Shown: positions 9,914 through 19,581 of the stretch, one piece after another
How positions within the stretch are numbered: the first letter of the stretch is position 1
Layout: every line of letters begins with the position of its first letter
Assembly: GCA_035328385.1 (NCBI GenBank)
Contig: DAOLIU010000001.1
Coordinates: 2,612-66,611, forward strand
Source of the DNA: Nitrospira sp.
Lineage (GTDB): Bacteria; Nitrospirota; Nitrospiria; Nitrospirales; Nitrospiraceae
Length of the DNA: 64,000 nt
Direction of reading: 5' to 3'
Position numbers and translations under genes: made by a program
Notes under the pieces: generated by a model
The model's input: only the letters and a program-made list of their open reading frames with translations
Told to the model about the DNA's origin: nothing
Database searches by the model: none

Positions 9914-12900
9914 GTGTCGCGCACACGCGTGGTGGTCGCCTTCATTGTTCTGGTCGTCGTGGGCGGCATCACCTTTCTGCTCCTGTCCCCCTACCTGACG
10001 GGCGACGATTACCTCAAGGACTTCTTCCTGCGGCAGCTCGAACAGAACCTCGGGCGGAAGATCGACGTGCATCGCGTCAAGTTCACCCTCTTTCCCAAGA
10101 TCCGGCTGGAGCTTTCGCAAGTCGTCATCCACGAACGCAACTCCGATCAGGTCTTCCTGTCCGCCAAGAAACTCGATCTCGTCCTGCGGCTGGTGCCGTT
10201 GCTCCGCAAGCAGATCGTGGGCAAGCGGCTGACGATCGAGGAGCCGACGCTGACGCTCCGGCGGGACGCCGCCGGCCACTGGAACGTGCTCGATCGCGCC
10301 AATCCCATTCCCACGAGCGACGACGAAGCGCTCCAACTGATGACCCGCATGTTCCGCATCAAGGAGGCCACGGTGATCGACGGAACGATCATCGTGATCG
10401 ACGAGGCCAGGCCCGACGGCGTCCGCACGGTGAAGTTGGAATCCGTCGAGGCCGCGCTGGTCATTCATTTGGAACGCAACCAGGCCGACGTGCACATCTC
10501 GGCCGACCATACCCACGATCAGGAACGGTCGTCGCTGTCGATGGCGGGCGCCATCAGGAGGGCCGACCAACAGATGCTGGAAATGAGCGAAACCACCAGG
10601 CCGCCGCTTCTGTTTCAATTCGAGGGGACGGTGGAGGCCGCGGGGCTGAGCCTGCGCGAGCTGGCGGACTTTTTCGGGCCGCGCCCGGTCCCTCCGAACG
10701 TGCAGGGCCTCGTCACCGTGCGGAGCGGCATCCGCCTGATTCCGGGCGTGGCGGGCTATGACGTGGTGATGTCGGACCTGACGGCCAATCTGGCCCCGCT
10801 CGCAGCGACGGGCCGGGCGAGCCTGTCCGGCCTGTTGACGATGCAGCCGACCTTCTCCCTCACCTTCTCGGCGGCACCGGTGCAGATGAGCGACTTGCTC
10901 AAGCGGATCCCCCCCGAATGGTTTCATCCCGAATTGCCCGCCCTGATCGAAGACCGGCGGATCAACGGCAAGGTGGAGGTCGTCTCGGCGACCGTGACGG
11001 GCTCGTATGGAGAAGGGCCGCAGTTGTCGGTTACCGGAGAATTCCGTATCCGTGAGGGAGAAGCGCTCATCGGCGACGATCATGTGCCGTCCAAGGACCT
11101 CTCGGCAGTCGTCTTCGTCGAGGCGGGCCGAATCCGGGTGACGAATCTGGCGGGCCAGTACGGCATGATCCACATGGCGGACAGCAAGGGACAGATTTCG
11201 TTTCTGGAATCGGGGCCCTGGATGGAAATGGAGATCTTGGGCACGATGACGGCTTCGGATCTGCTGCAGTTTCTCTCGAAGACCGTCCATTCGGAGCAAT
11301 TGTCCAAAATACTGGGAGAGGCGCGGGACGTGGAAGGCGCGGCCAAGCCCACGTTCCGGCTGGTCGGACCGTTGACGCAGCCGGGCGGCGTCACGTTCGC
11401 GGGCGGCGAGATCACGGCGCAACAGGTAAGTCTCAGCCATCCCTCGCTCCCGGAACGGATGACGGCCATCCAAGGGCGCTTCGTCATGGCCGAGGGGGGG
11501 ACGCAATTCGATCAAGTGAGCGGCCATTTGGGCGACCTGACGGTACAGGTCCAGGGCGGGATCACGGGCGGCAGCATCAGCTCGTTCCGCGACTTGCTCG
11601 TGCGGGTGACCGGGGACTCCTTGCACATGACGCAGCTGCTGCCGGTCAAGCACATTCCCAAGGGAATGGTCGAAGGTCTGGCCAGCGTCGGCGTCGCCCT
11701 CAGGGGCCAGACCACGGCGCCGGAAATGCGGGGCGAGATCGTGCTGACGGACTCGAAGGTGACCTGGCCGGACGTCCTGGAAAAACCGGTGGGCGCGCCG
11801 GCCACCATCAATTTCGAAGGACACGTCGAGCAGAAAGGCGGCCTGACGCTGACGCATATCGAAGCGGACGTGCCGCCGTTGCGCCTGCCGGTGAAGGGCA
11901 AGATCCGCCTCGGCGAGCGTGTCTCGATCGAGGCGTCGATGGCGACCGGGACCGTGTCCCTTTCCAGGGTGCCCGAATGGATCACCAAGGGCGGATTCGA
12001 AGCGGGCAACGTCGAAGTGTCGCTCGACGTGAAGGGCAAGGACGCCGACTGGCGGACCTGGAAAACCAACGGCTGGCTGGCCCTGAGCAACGGCCTCGTC
12101 ACCGTGCGGGGCGCCGACGGCCCCATTCAGGATCTCTACGTGCGGCTGCAGTTCAATCGCGATGCGGCGGAACTCAAGCGCCTGTCGTTCCGGCTCCTCG
12201 ACAGCGACGTGGCGATGGAAGCGATGATTCGGAACTGGGCGACGAAACCGGCCATCTCGGGGAAGATCGAATCCAACCAAATGGACTTGGATCTGCTGAT
12301 CCCCAAGGGCGACCGCTCGCCCATCCGGGAATTTTTGGAGACCCTCGCGGCGACGAGCCGGGTTTCCATGACGGCCGCCATCACCCGCGGCCACTACAAG
12401 CATCTCAAATTCGGCGGGCTCTCGGCCCGCATCACGATCCAGGAGGGCGTCCTCGACGTCGATCGGATCGCCGGCCAATCGACCGACGGAGAGATCGCCG
12501 GCCGCATCGTCGTGCAACTCCCCCGCCATGAACCGGCGGAGGCGGAAATCTCGGTGCGGGCCACCGGCGTGCCGGTCAGCGACATCTTAAAGCTCGCGGG
12601 GAAACACGAAGGCGGAGTGACCGGAGAAATCCGCATCACCGGCACGATCCGCGGCCACGGCAGGAATCCCCACGGCGTCTATCCCACGCTCAACGGCAAG
12701 GCCGACATCCTGATCGAGAACGGCCACATCTTCAAATCGAAGGAGCGGGTGACCTGGAAGATCATCAGCATTCTGAATCTGCCGGCCGTCCTCCAGGGCA
12801 AGGTGGACCTGGAAAAGGAAGGGTTGCCGTACAACAAGATCACCGCCACCGTGACCGTCCGAAACGGCCTGTTCGAAACGGAGAACATGATCATCGACAG

Positions 12901-13258
12901 CCCGATCGTGAAGATCACCGCGGCCGGCAACTACGACCTTCCGACCGACCAGGGCGACATGGTCTGGGCCGTGAGCCCCTTCGGCTCGTACTCGCAGTTC
13001 CTGAAGACCATTCCCTTGTTCGGGCGCCTGTTCGCCGGCGATCGCAAGGGTGTGGCGACCGCGATGTTTTCCGTCAAGGGCAGCATCGAAGACCCCGAGG
13101 TGACCTACATGCCGATGAAGTCCTTCGCCACCGGGCTGACCGGATTGGGCCAGCTCGCCGTGGACGTGTTGAAGAACACGGTCATGCTGCCGATCGACCT
13201 CATGACGCCGGACGAGGACAAGGCGTCGCCAAAAGACGTGCCGGCGCCGTCGCCTTGA
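9914..13258 (+). CDS. AsmA/YhdP-like large envelope protein (1114 aa)
   Basis: Single N-terminal TM (VVVAFIVLVVVGGITFLLL), a long beta-rich repetitive body, and a C-terminal region resembling the AsmA-family C-terminus (ITAAGNYDL...FSVKGSIEDPEV). Confidence 0.65.
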   Translation: MSRTRVVVAFIVLVVVGGITFLLLSPYLTGDDYLKDFFLRQLEQNLGRKIDVHRVKFTLFPKIRLELSQVVIHERNSDQVFLSAKKLDLVLRLVPLLRKQIVGKRLTIEEPTLTLRRDAAGHWNVLDRANPIPTSDDEALQLMTRMFRIKEATVIDGTIIVIDEARPDGVRTVKLESVEAALVIHLERNQADVHISADHTHDQERSSLSMAGAIRRADQQMLEMSETTRPPLLFQFEGTVEAAGLSLRELADFFGPRPVPPNVQGLVTVRSGIRLIPGVAGYDVVMSDLTANLAPLAATGRASLSGLLTMQPTFSLTFSAAPVQMSDLLKRIPPEWFHPELPALIEDRRINGKVEVVSATVTGSYGEGPQLSVTGEFRIREGEALIGDDHVPSKDLSAVVFVEAGRIRVTNLAGQYGMIHMADSKGQISFLESGPWMEMEILGTMTASDLLQFLSKTVHSEQLSKILGEARDVEGAAKPTFRLVGPLTQPGGVTFAGGEITAQQVSLSHPSLPERMTAIQGRFVMAEGGTQFDQVSGHLGDLTVQVQGGITGGSISSFRDLLVRVTGDSLHMTQLLPVKHIPKGMVEGLASVGVALRGQTTAPEMRGEIVLTDSKVTWPDVLEKPVGAPATINFEGHVEQKGGLTLTHIEADVPPLRLPVKGKIRLGERVSIEASMATGTVSLSRVPEWITKGGFEAGNVEVSLDVKGKDADWRTWKTNGWLALSNGLVTVRGADGPIQDLYVRLQFNRDAAELKRLSFRLLDSDVAMEAMIRNWATKPAISGKIESNQMDLDLLIPKGDRSPIREFLETLAATSRVSMTAAITRGHYKHLKFGGLSARITIQEGVLDVDRIAGQSTDGEIAGRIVVQLPRHEPAEAEISVRATGVPVSDILKLAGKHEGGVTGEIRITGTIRGHGRNPHGVYPTLNGKADILIENGHIFKSKERVTWKIISILNLPAVLQGKVDLEKEGLPYNKITATVTVRNGLFETENMIIDSPIVKITAAGNYDLPTDQGDMVWAVSPFGSYSQFLKTIPLFGRLFAGDRKGVATAMFSVKGSIEDPEVTYMPMKSFATGLTGLGQLAVDVLKNTVMLPIDLMTPDEDKASPKDVPAPSP

Positions 13259-13300
13259 CCGGTCTCGGACCCCATGCTAAGGTCCAGCGGGTAGCAAGCC

Positions 13301-14446
13301 ATGTCTCGATCCGCATCGCAATCACACAAAGCCGTCGTGTTCATCGCCGCCAGCGAGACGGACGCCAATCTCTATTACGCGACCAAGTTCATCGCGCCGG
13401 ACCCCTTCATCTATCTGGAGATCAAAGGGGAACGTCTGCTGGTCATGAACGATCTGGAGAGGGATCGGGCGAAGAGTCAGGCGTCCGTCGATCGGGTGCT
13501 GTCCTATACGGAGATCGAACAGCGGGCGCGTGATCTGGGGGTGGCCTCTCCCGGCAGCGCCGACATCGTCCACGTCGTGCTGCGCGACGCCAAGATCAAG
13601 CAGGTGCTCGTGCCGGGGAATTTTCCCTTCCGCCACGCGAGCCGGTTGCAGGAATTGGGATACCAGGTCCACGCGAAGCCGGATCCGTTCTACGAGCAGC
13701 GCGTCGTGAAGACCGCCGAAGAGGTCCGGCACATCGAGGAAGCGCAGCGCGCCACGGAGGCCGCCGTCGCCGCGGCTCACGCCGTGCTCCGGCGCGCGAC
13801 GATCGTCAAGAACGAATTGTGGTTCGAGGATGCGCCGCTGACCTCCGAGCGGATCAAGAAGCTGATCAACGTAAAGCTGATGGAGGCCGATTGCGTCGCC
13901 CAGCACACGATCGTGGCCGGAGGCGAGCAGGCCTGCGATCCGCACAACGAAGGCAGCGGGCCCTTGCCGGCCCACCGCAGCATCATCTTCGACGTGTTTC
14001 CGCGTTCCGCCACGACGCGCTATTTCGCCGACATGTCCCGCACGGTCGTCCGAGGCACGCCCGGCCCCGAGCTCGTCCGGCTCTATCAGACCGTGAAGGA
14101 CGCGCAGGAAGAGGCGATCACGAAGATCAAAGACGGAGCCGACGGGATGAAAATTCACCGCGGCATCTGCGACCGGTTCGAGAAGGCCGGCTACAAGACC
14201 GGTGTGGTCAACGGCCGCATGCAGGGCTACTTCCACGGGACCGGCCACGGAGTCGGGCTCGACATCCACGAAGCCCCGCGCATCAGCCGCACCGGGTCGC
14301 TGCTGCAGGAAGGCCACGTCGTCACGGTCGAACCGGGACTCTATTATCCCGGCTTGGGCGCCGTCCGCATCGAAGACATGGTGCTCGTGACCGGCGATGG
14401 CTGCCGCAACTTGACCGATTTCCCCAAGACGTTCGAACTAGACTAG
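13301..14446 (+). CDS. M24 family Xaa-Pro aminopeptidase/dipeptidase
   Basis: Pita-bread metal ligand stretches (DVFPRS...YFADMSRT, HGTGHGVGLDIHEAP, VTVEPGLY, RIEDMV). Confidence 0.85.
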   Translation: MSRSASQSHKAVVFIAASETDANLYYATKFIAPDPFIYLEIKGERLLVMNDLERDRAKSQASVDRVLSYTEIEQRARDLGVASPGSADIVHVVLRDAKIKQVLVPGNFPFRHASRLQELGYQVHAKPDPFYEQRVVKTAEEVRHIEEAQRATEAAVAAAHAVLRRATIVKNELWFEDAPLTSERIKKLINVKLMEADCVAQHTIVAGGEQACDPHNEGSGPLPAHRSIIFDVFPRSATTRYFADMSRTVVRGTPGPELVRLYQTVKDAQEEAITKIKDGADGMKIHRGICDRFEKAGYKTGVVNGRMQGYFHGTGHGVGLDIHEAPRISRTGSLLQEGHVVTVEPGLYYPGLGAVRIEDMVLVTGDGCRNLTDFPKTFELD

Positions 14447-14500
14447 CCTCGATCAGCGTTCTCATCCGTTGCTGCGTCTTTATCCCCGGTTTCCATAATC

Positions 14501-14935
14501 ATGACCTTCTCCTTTCGATTCCTTGACGATGTCGCTTTGGCGGACGTGGCGTTCGACGCCGAGGGCGATTCGGTCCAAGCCCTGTTCGCCGGCGCGACGC
14601 AAGCGCTGCTCACGGCCTTGGCCGACCCGGCGACGGTCGGTTCGTCGTGGGAACGGAAGATCGAACGCCGGGACGCGGACCTGCCTCAATTGCTGTTTGA
14701 CTGGCTCTCCGACATCGTCTATTGGAAGGATGCGGCCGGCGTCGTCTTCCACGATGCACCGCTGACCGTTGTGAGGGAAGGGGAGCAGTGGACGCTGACG
14801 GCACGGTTGATCGGCGATCGGGTCGATCGGGGAGGGCAGGAACTCCGCAGCGACGTCAAAGGAGTTACGAAGCATCTCTATGCGTTGCATCAGACGGACG
14901 GTCGCTGGACGGCGCGCGTGGTGCTGGATGTCTAG
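14501..14935 (+). CDS. Archease (RtcB activator)
   Basis: 144 aa with the typical archease C-terminus (VKGVTKHLYAL...ARVVLDV*), located immediately upstream of rtcB. Confidence 0.7.
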   Translation: MTFSFRFLDDVALADVAFDAEGDSVQALFAGATQALLTALADPATVGSSWERKIERRDADLPQLLFDWLSDIVYWKDAAGVVFHDAPLTVVREGEQWTLTARLIGDRVDRGGQELRSDVKGVTKHLYALHQTDGRWTARVVLDV

Positions 14936-15098
14936 CAGGATGTTGAAAAAGTCCTCCAGCTGCGTTCTCGCGTCGCTCAGAAATAGGGATGGGCGACCCG
15001 ACGCGGGCACGTTTGAGATCCTGAGAGCTCTTCCGGTTTGACCAACGACGATGCATGACTCTGTTTCTCGTGGTCCGAAACAGTTTTTCAACGGTCTG
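14936..15098. repeat. Interspersed hairpin repeat, copy A (MITE/REP-like)
   Basis: Left end CAGGATGTTGAAAAAGTCCTCCAGCTGCGTTCTCGCGTCGCTCAG. The right end ...CAGTTTTTCAACGGTCTG is its imperfect inverted complement. Shares a 40-70 nt left arm with copies at 16576 and 58882. Confidence 0.6.
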
Positions 15099-15123
15099 CT
15101 AAGACCGATTATCTGAGAGAATA

Positions 15124-16575
15124 ATGAAGCTGAATACCGACATGAGGGTCAATCGCGTCACGGAAGAGATCTGGGAGATCCCCGTTTCGGAAAAATCAGG
15201 CATGCTCGTACCGGCGCGCATCTACGCGACCGAGACGGTGATCCGCTCCATGGACTCGGGGGTGTTCGACCAGGTCACGAACGTCGCGTGCCTGCCCGGC
15301 ATCCAACGCTATGCCCTTTGCATGCCTGACGGCCATTGGGGCTACGGGTTTCCGATCGGCGGTGTGGCGGCCTTCGACGTCCGCAACGGGGTGATCTCAC
15401 CGGGCGGCGTCGGGTACGACATCAACTGCGGCATGCGGCTGATCCGGACGGATTTGACGTTGGATGACGTGCAGCCGCGGTTGGAACGGCTCATGACCGA
15501 ACTGTTCCGCCGCGTGCCGGCGGGCGTGGGAGCGGCCGGGTTTGTCCGATTGAATCGCCCGTCGTTCGAGGAGGTCATGACCACGGGGGCACGCTGGTGC
15601 GTCGAACAAGGACATGGATGGCACCGGGACCTCGCGAAGATCGAAGAGGAGGGATGCATCGGCGGCGCGGATCCCTCGAAGGTGACCGATCGCGCGTTCG
15701 CCAGAGGCATCAACCAGCTCGGGACGTTGGGATCGGGCAACCACTATCTGGAAGTGCAGGTGGTGTCGAACGATCGAGTGTTCGATCCGGAAGCCGCCGC
15801 CGCGCTCGGCATCACCGGTCACGACCAGATCGTGGTGATGGTCCATTGCGGTTCGCGAGGCTTCGGCCATCAAGTGGCGAGCGACTATCTCAAGGTGTTC
15901 GAGAAGGCCATGCGCCGCTACGGTGTCTCGGTGAAGGACCAGCAACTGGCCTGCGCGCCGTTTCGTTCGGAGGAAGGACAAGACTACTTCGCCGCGATGA
16001 ACTGCGCCGCCAATACGGCGTTCGCGAACCGGCAGGTCATCACTCATCAAATCCGCGAAGCGTTTGCCGCCGTCTTCGGCCAGTCGGCCGAGGAACTGGG
16101 CATGGAGCTCGTCTATGACGTGGCGCACAACATCGCCAAGGTCGAACGCTACGCCGAAGGCGATCTGCTGGTGCATCGCAAGGGATCGACGAGGGCTTTC
16201 GGGCCGGGGCATCCGGACTTGCCGGAGCAGTTCCGACGGATCGGCCAGCCGGTGATCTGCGGGGGATCGATGGAAACCGGCTCCTATCTGCTGGTCGGCA
16301 CCGATAGAGCCGTGAGGGACACCTTCGGCTCCACGATGCACGGATCCGGGCGGACGATGTCGCGCGCGCAGGCCAAGAAGTCGGTCCGGGGCGAGCAGCT
16401 CCAGCAACAGATGAAACAGCGTGGCATCGTGGTGAAGGCCGTGTCGATGTCGGGGCTCGCGGAAGAAGCGGGGTTCGCCTACAAGAATATCTCCGAGGTG
16501 GTCGAGACGGTCGATCGCGCCGGAATCACAAAAAAAGTGGCGGAACTCCGGCCGATTGGCAATATTAAAGGGTAG
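15124..16575 (+). CDS. rtcB: RNA-splicing ligase RtcB
   Basis: Hallmark motifs GYDINCGMR, GSGNHYLE, HCGSRGFGHQ, HGSGR. Confidence 0.92.
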   Translation: MKLNTDMRVNRVTEEIWEIPVSEKSGMLVPARIYATETVIRSMDSGVFDQVTNVACLPGIQRYALCMPDGHWGYGFPIGGVAAFDVRNGVISPGGVGYDINCGMRLIRTDLTLDDVQPRLERLMTELFRRVPAGVGAAGFVRLNRPSFEEVMTTGARWCVEQGHGWHRDLAKIEEEGCIGGADPSKVTDRAFARGINQLGTLGSGNHYLEVQVVSNDRVFDPEAAAALGITGHDQIVVMVHCGSRGFGHQVASDYLKVFEKAMRRYGVSVKDQQLACAPFRSEEGQDYFAAMNCAANTAFANRQVITHQIREAFAAVFGQSAEELGMELVYDVAHNIAKVERYAEGDLLVHRKGSTRAFGPGHPDLPEQFRRIGQPVICGGSMETGSYLLVGTDRAVRDTFGSTMHGSGRTMSRAQAKKSVRGEQLQQQMKQRGIVVKAVSMSGLAEEAGFAYKNISEVVETVDRAGITKKVAELRPIGNIKG

Positions 16576-16698
16576 CAGGACGCTGAAAAAGACTTCCAGC
16601 TTCGTTCTCGCATCGCTCAGACCCTCGACGTACCAAAAACGTACGCCTCGGGCCTTCACTCGCTGCGGCCTTGCTGGACAGTCTTTTTGAGCGCCCTG
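16576..16698. repeat. Interspersed hairpin repeat, copy B (compact form)
   Basis: Terminal inverted repeats CAGGACGCTGAAAAAGAC ... GTCTTTTTGAGCGCCCTG (16 of 18 complementary). The arms fold around GTACCAAAAACGTAC. Confidence 0.65.
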
Positions 16699-16794
16699 CG
16701 CGTGACGTGGGCAGCCGGGAGTAGGGTTACGAGCGAGCTTGGATGGACTATTCAATCAACGCGCGCGGTGAAGTGGCTTCTCGAAGCGTGCGGA

Positions 16795-16880
16795 CATCGC
16801 TGCGGCCTTGCCCGCGGAGCGACGCGTCTCGGCGCGGCGTGGGGTGGGCGGGTGAGAACAGTGGACTTTTGAACGCCCTG
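16795..16880. repeat. Partial (right-arm) copy of the same repeat
   Basis: CATCGCTGCGGCCTTGC ... CAGTGGACTTTTGAACGCCCTG parallels the right arm of copy B (CTCGCTGCGGCCTTGC...CAGTCTTTTTGAGCGCCCTG). Confidence 0.35.
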
Positions 16881-16916
16881 GCACACCGCTGATCGACGGA
16901 GATTGGAGGTCCGGAG

Positions 16917-17273
16917 ATGGAACAACGGCAGAACCAGCGTTTTCCGGTCCGGTTTCGCAGTTCGTTCACGTCGCTGAACATCGTGGGAGGAGACGGCACG
17001 CTCGTGGATCTCTCGCTGCGCGGGTGCCGGATCGACAGCGCCGTTGAAGTGCAGCCGGGCACGTCGCTGGAGCTGCGCATCCAGGCTTCGGAGGACGAGC
17101 CGCCGTTGAAGGTCCAGGAAGCGGTCGTCCGGTGGAGCCGTCCGCGTCAGTTCGGTCTGGAATTCGTGACGCTCGCGCCGGAAGAATGGGCCCGCCTGCA
17201 GCACACCGTCACTCAACTCGAACTTCATCCCTACCAGCGCGCGGCTTCGGACGGGGACTCCCAAGCCGCCTGA
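16917..17273 (+). CDS. PilZ domain protein
   Basis: N-terminal QRQNQRFPVR and DLSLRGC match the two PilZ c-di-GMP motifs (RxxxR, D/NxSxxG). GGAGGTCCGGAG lies before the ATG. Confidence 0.65.
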   Translation: MEQRQNQRFPVRFRSSFTSLNIVGGDGTLVDLSLRGCRIDSAVEVQPGTSLELRIQASEDEPPLKVQEAVVRWSRPRQFGLEFVTLAPEEWARLQHTVTQLELHPYQRAASDGDSQAA

Positions 17274-17340
17274 TCGGCCGTTCGATTCACGTTCTCCCTC
17301 GGATGGCCCGCAAGCGCTCCGATCAAGCACACTTCAGTCG

Positions 17341-19056
17341 TTATGCGTTCAGCCGGTGGCCGTACAACAGCGTGATGTTGATGCGGCGGCTGAGGTAGTC
17401 GTCCTTGAAGGCGATGTGATCGCTCTCATGGAAGAGGTCGGAATTGAAGATCACGGCGCGGTTCGCGCGGTAGGGAATCTTGATCGCTTCGGCGCCCACG
17501 TCCCTGAGCCAGGCGAGAATCGCCGGTTTGTTGCGGTCGCTATTGTAGTCCTTGAAGTTCCAGTCCTTGGGCGCCTCCTTGTCGTAGACGACCAGCCCGC
17601 CGGATGACGGATCGAGGTTCGCCGCGTCGGGCGTAATCCAAAAGTTCACGTTGACCGCCGCGGCGTCGGCGTGGATGTTGAGCCCCCGCCTGGCGCTGTC
17701 CTGCTTGAACGCCCAAGCCTGCGTGAGCCGGTGATGGGTGAAGATGCGGGGAAACTTCAGGCGCAGCTCTTCGGCGATCTGCAGCAGGAGCGGAGAGGCA
17801 AAGCCGTCGCCCAGGAAGGCCCCGCAATACCCGTTCTCGTAATCCTTTTTCCAGATCGTCGCTTCCAGACAGAATCGACGCAGCGATTCCAACGCGCGGT
17901 CGCTCACGAGCCCGTCGACGAACGTGACTTCGGGCCGCTTGCCGAGATAACGGGCCTCGACGGTCCCCACGTCGAGCGCGCTGTTGAGGGCGCTCCCTTC
18001 GATGCGTTGGGGCGGCTCGCAGTACAGCATGCGGTTGAACGCCGGCGCGACCGAGGCAAGGGCGCCAGCCGGCAGGGCGACGCGGTTGCCAGGGGCGGTG
18101 TTCTCGTCCAGCAGGCGCTGCAGCCTGACCAGCGAATCGAGATGAGGCCGATATTCTTCGCCGAGCAGGCGGCGATCGAGGAGATGGCCTGTCTGTTCGA
18201 CTTCGTGTTTGATGCGGGATCGATAGGTGGCTTGTTCGGTAATCGGTTGTCCGTGGTCGTGCCGTGCCCTGGCGATTTGAGAGAAGCAGGAAACGGCCTT
18301 TTCGTCGTCGCCGACCCAAATAGAAGCGATGCCAAGATTGTAGAGGGCCTTTTGATAGCCGGGCATCAAAGCCAGCGCCCCCTGAAAGGACGCGATGGCT
18401 TCACGCAGGGTGCCGGCTTCCATCAGGGCGAGGCCCAAGTTGTTCAGCGCCTCCACATGCTGGGGCTTCGCCTCCAGCGCGCGGCGAAATGAGCCGATCG
18501 CGTCATCGACCGCTCCCTGCTCCTTGAGGGCGACGCCCAGATTGTTGTGCAACTCCGGATGCGTTGGATTGATCGACAAGGCTGTCCGGTAGGCCCCGAT
18601 CGCCTCGCCCAGACTGCCCTGGTCCCGAAGCGCATTGCCGAGGTTCATCAAGCCTTCCACATGGCGCGGATTGAGGGACACCGCTTTCTGATAGGACGCA
18701 ACGGCTTGCGGCAGCCTCCCGGCTTTCTGAGCGACCACGCCGAGATTGAACCAATACAGGGCCGATGCCGGTTGCTGTTCGACCGCGGCGGTCAACTGCT
18801 CGAGGGCCTCCTCCAGCCGGTTCATCCGGTAGGACAACAGGCCGAGGAGGTGCAACGCGTCCGGATGACGGGGTGCGATGGCGAGCGCCTGGCGGTAGGC
18901 TTGTTCCGCTTCCGCCAATCGGCCGGCCTGATGGTGCGCCTTGCCTTGGTTGAGCCAAGGCGTCACGTCTTCGGAGCCCCTCAAAGAATCCCGTCGTCGT
19001 CGTTCCGCTCGATTCATGGCCGGTTCAGGGTAGCCGAAACGTGAGGAGCCGGTCAA
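17341..19056 (-). CDS. TPR-repeat protein with an uncharacterised C-terminal domain of about 270 aa (possibly cupin/2OG-oxygenase-like)
   Basis: Six or more canonical TPRs (A..Y..AL...P....A..NLG). The C-terminal region contains NIHADAAAVNVNFWITP...GGLVVY...FNSDLFHES. Confidence 0.75.
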   Translation of the reverse strand: MTGSSRFGYPEPAMNRAERRRRDSLRGSEDVTPWLNQGKAHHQAGRLAEAEQAYRQALAIAPRHPDALHLLGLLSYRMNRLEEALEQLTAAVEQQPASALYWFNLGVVAQKAGRLPQAVASYQKAVSLNPRHVEGLMNLGNALRDQGSLGEAIGAYRTALSINPTHPELHNNLGVALKEQGAVDDAIGSFRRALEAKPQHVEALNNLGLALMEAGTLREAIASFQGALALMPGYQKALYNLGIASIWVGDDEKAVSCFSQIARARHDHGQPITEQATYRSRIKHEVEQTGHLLDRRLLGEEYRPHLDSLVRLQRLLDENTAPGNRVALPAGALASVAPAFNRMLYCEPPQRIEGSALNSALDVGTVEARYLGKRPEVTFVDGLVSDRALESLRRFCLEATIWKKDYENGYCGAFLGDGFASPLLLQIAEELRLKFPRIFTHHRLTQAWAFKQDSARRGLNIHADAAAVNVNFWITPDAANLDPSSGGLVVYDKEAPKDWNFKDYNSDRNKPAILAWLRDVGAEAIKIPYRANRAVIFNSDLFHESDHIAFKDDYLSRRINITLLYGHRLNA

Positions 19057-19168
19057 AGCGGCATGAGAAGACGGCTGATTTCAGACGCGTCACGGGCTAT
19101 ACTCGCGTCGCCATGCTCATCGGTTCCAAAATCCAAGTGCCTGTTGTCCACCGGAAGGAGTCTCTCGA

Positions 19169-19486
19169 ATGAAGGTTGTAAATCTCTCTGATTTTCAGCA
19201 GTTTAACAATGATAAGATGAAGAAAAACAATATCTTTCAGACGCCCAGGTTCTTCTGCGACGTCTACTGCTTCGAGCCGGGGCAGGAGCAGAAGGGACAT
19301 GTGCATGGCGAGCAGGACAAGGTGTACTTGGTGCTGGAAGGCCAAGGGACGTTTCACGTGGGAGGGGAGCAGCAGGTGCTTCGTTCCGGTCAGGGGACGA
19401 TGGCGCCCGCAGGGCAAGAACACGGAGTGAAGAATGACAGCGGACAGCGTCTAAAAGTTTTGGTCTTCGTTGCGCCGAATCCGTAA
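19169..19486 (+). CDS. Cupin domain protein
   Basis: Cupin motifs GQEQKGHVHGEQDKVYLVLEG and PAGQEHGVKN. GGAAGGAG lies upstream. Confidence 0.7.
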   Translation: MKVVNLSDFQQFNNDKMKKNNIFQTPRFFCDVYCFEPGQEQKGHVHGEQDKVYLVLEGQGTFHVGGEQQVLRSGQGTMAPAGQEHGVKNDSGQRLKVLVFVAPNP

Positions 19487-19581
19487 GCGGACCAAGTTAC
19501 GCGGTTTGTCTTCAGCCGCACGAGGCGGCGTCCCATACTCTCTCCAGCTGACTTTCGGATGTACGCTTCAAAGACGTCGTC

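Noticed and set aside
14936-16698. Interpretation of the post-stop-codon hairpin repeats as integron attC sites (gene cassettes).
   Set aside because: attC sites run 5'-RYYYAAC...GTTRRRY-3'. These elements have the opposite order (GTTGAAA...TTTCAAC). No integrase or attI is present, and the flanking genes (archease, rtcB, ribE) are core genes.
16879-16893. Perfect TGGCAC hexamer upstream of the PilZ gene.
   Set aside because: The -12 element at the required spacing reads TGAT, not TTGC (the GG-N10-GC rule fails). The hexamer is created by the junction of the repeat's right end with flanking DNA.
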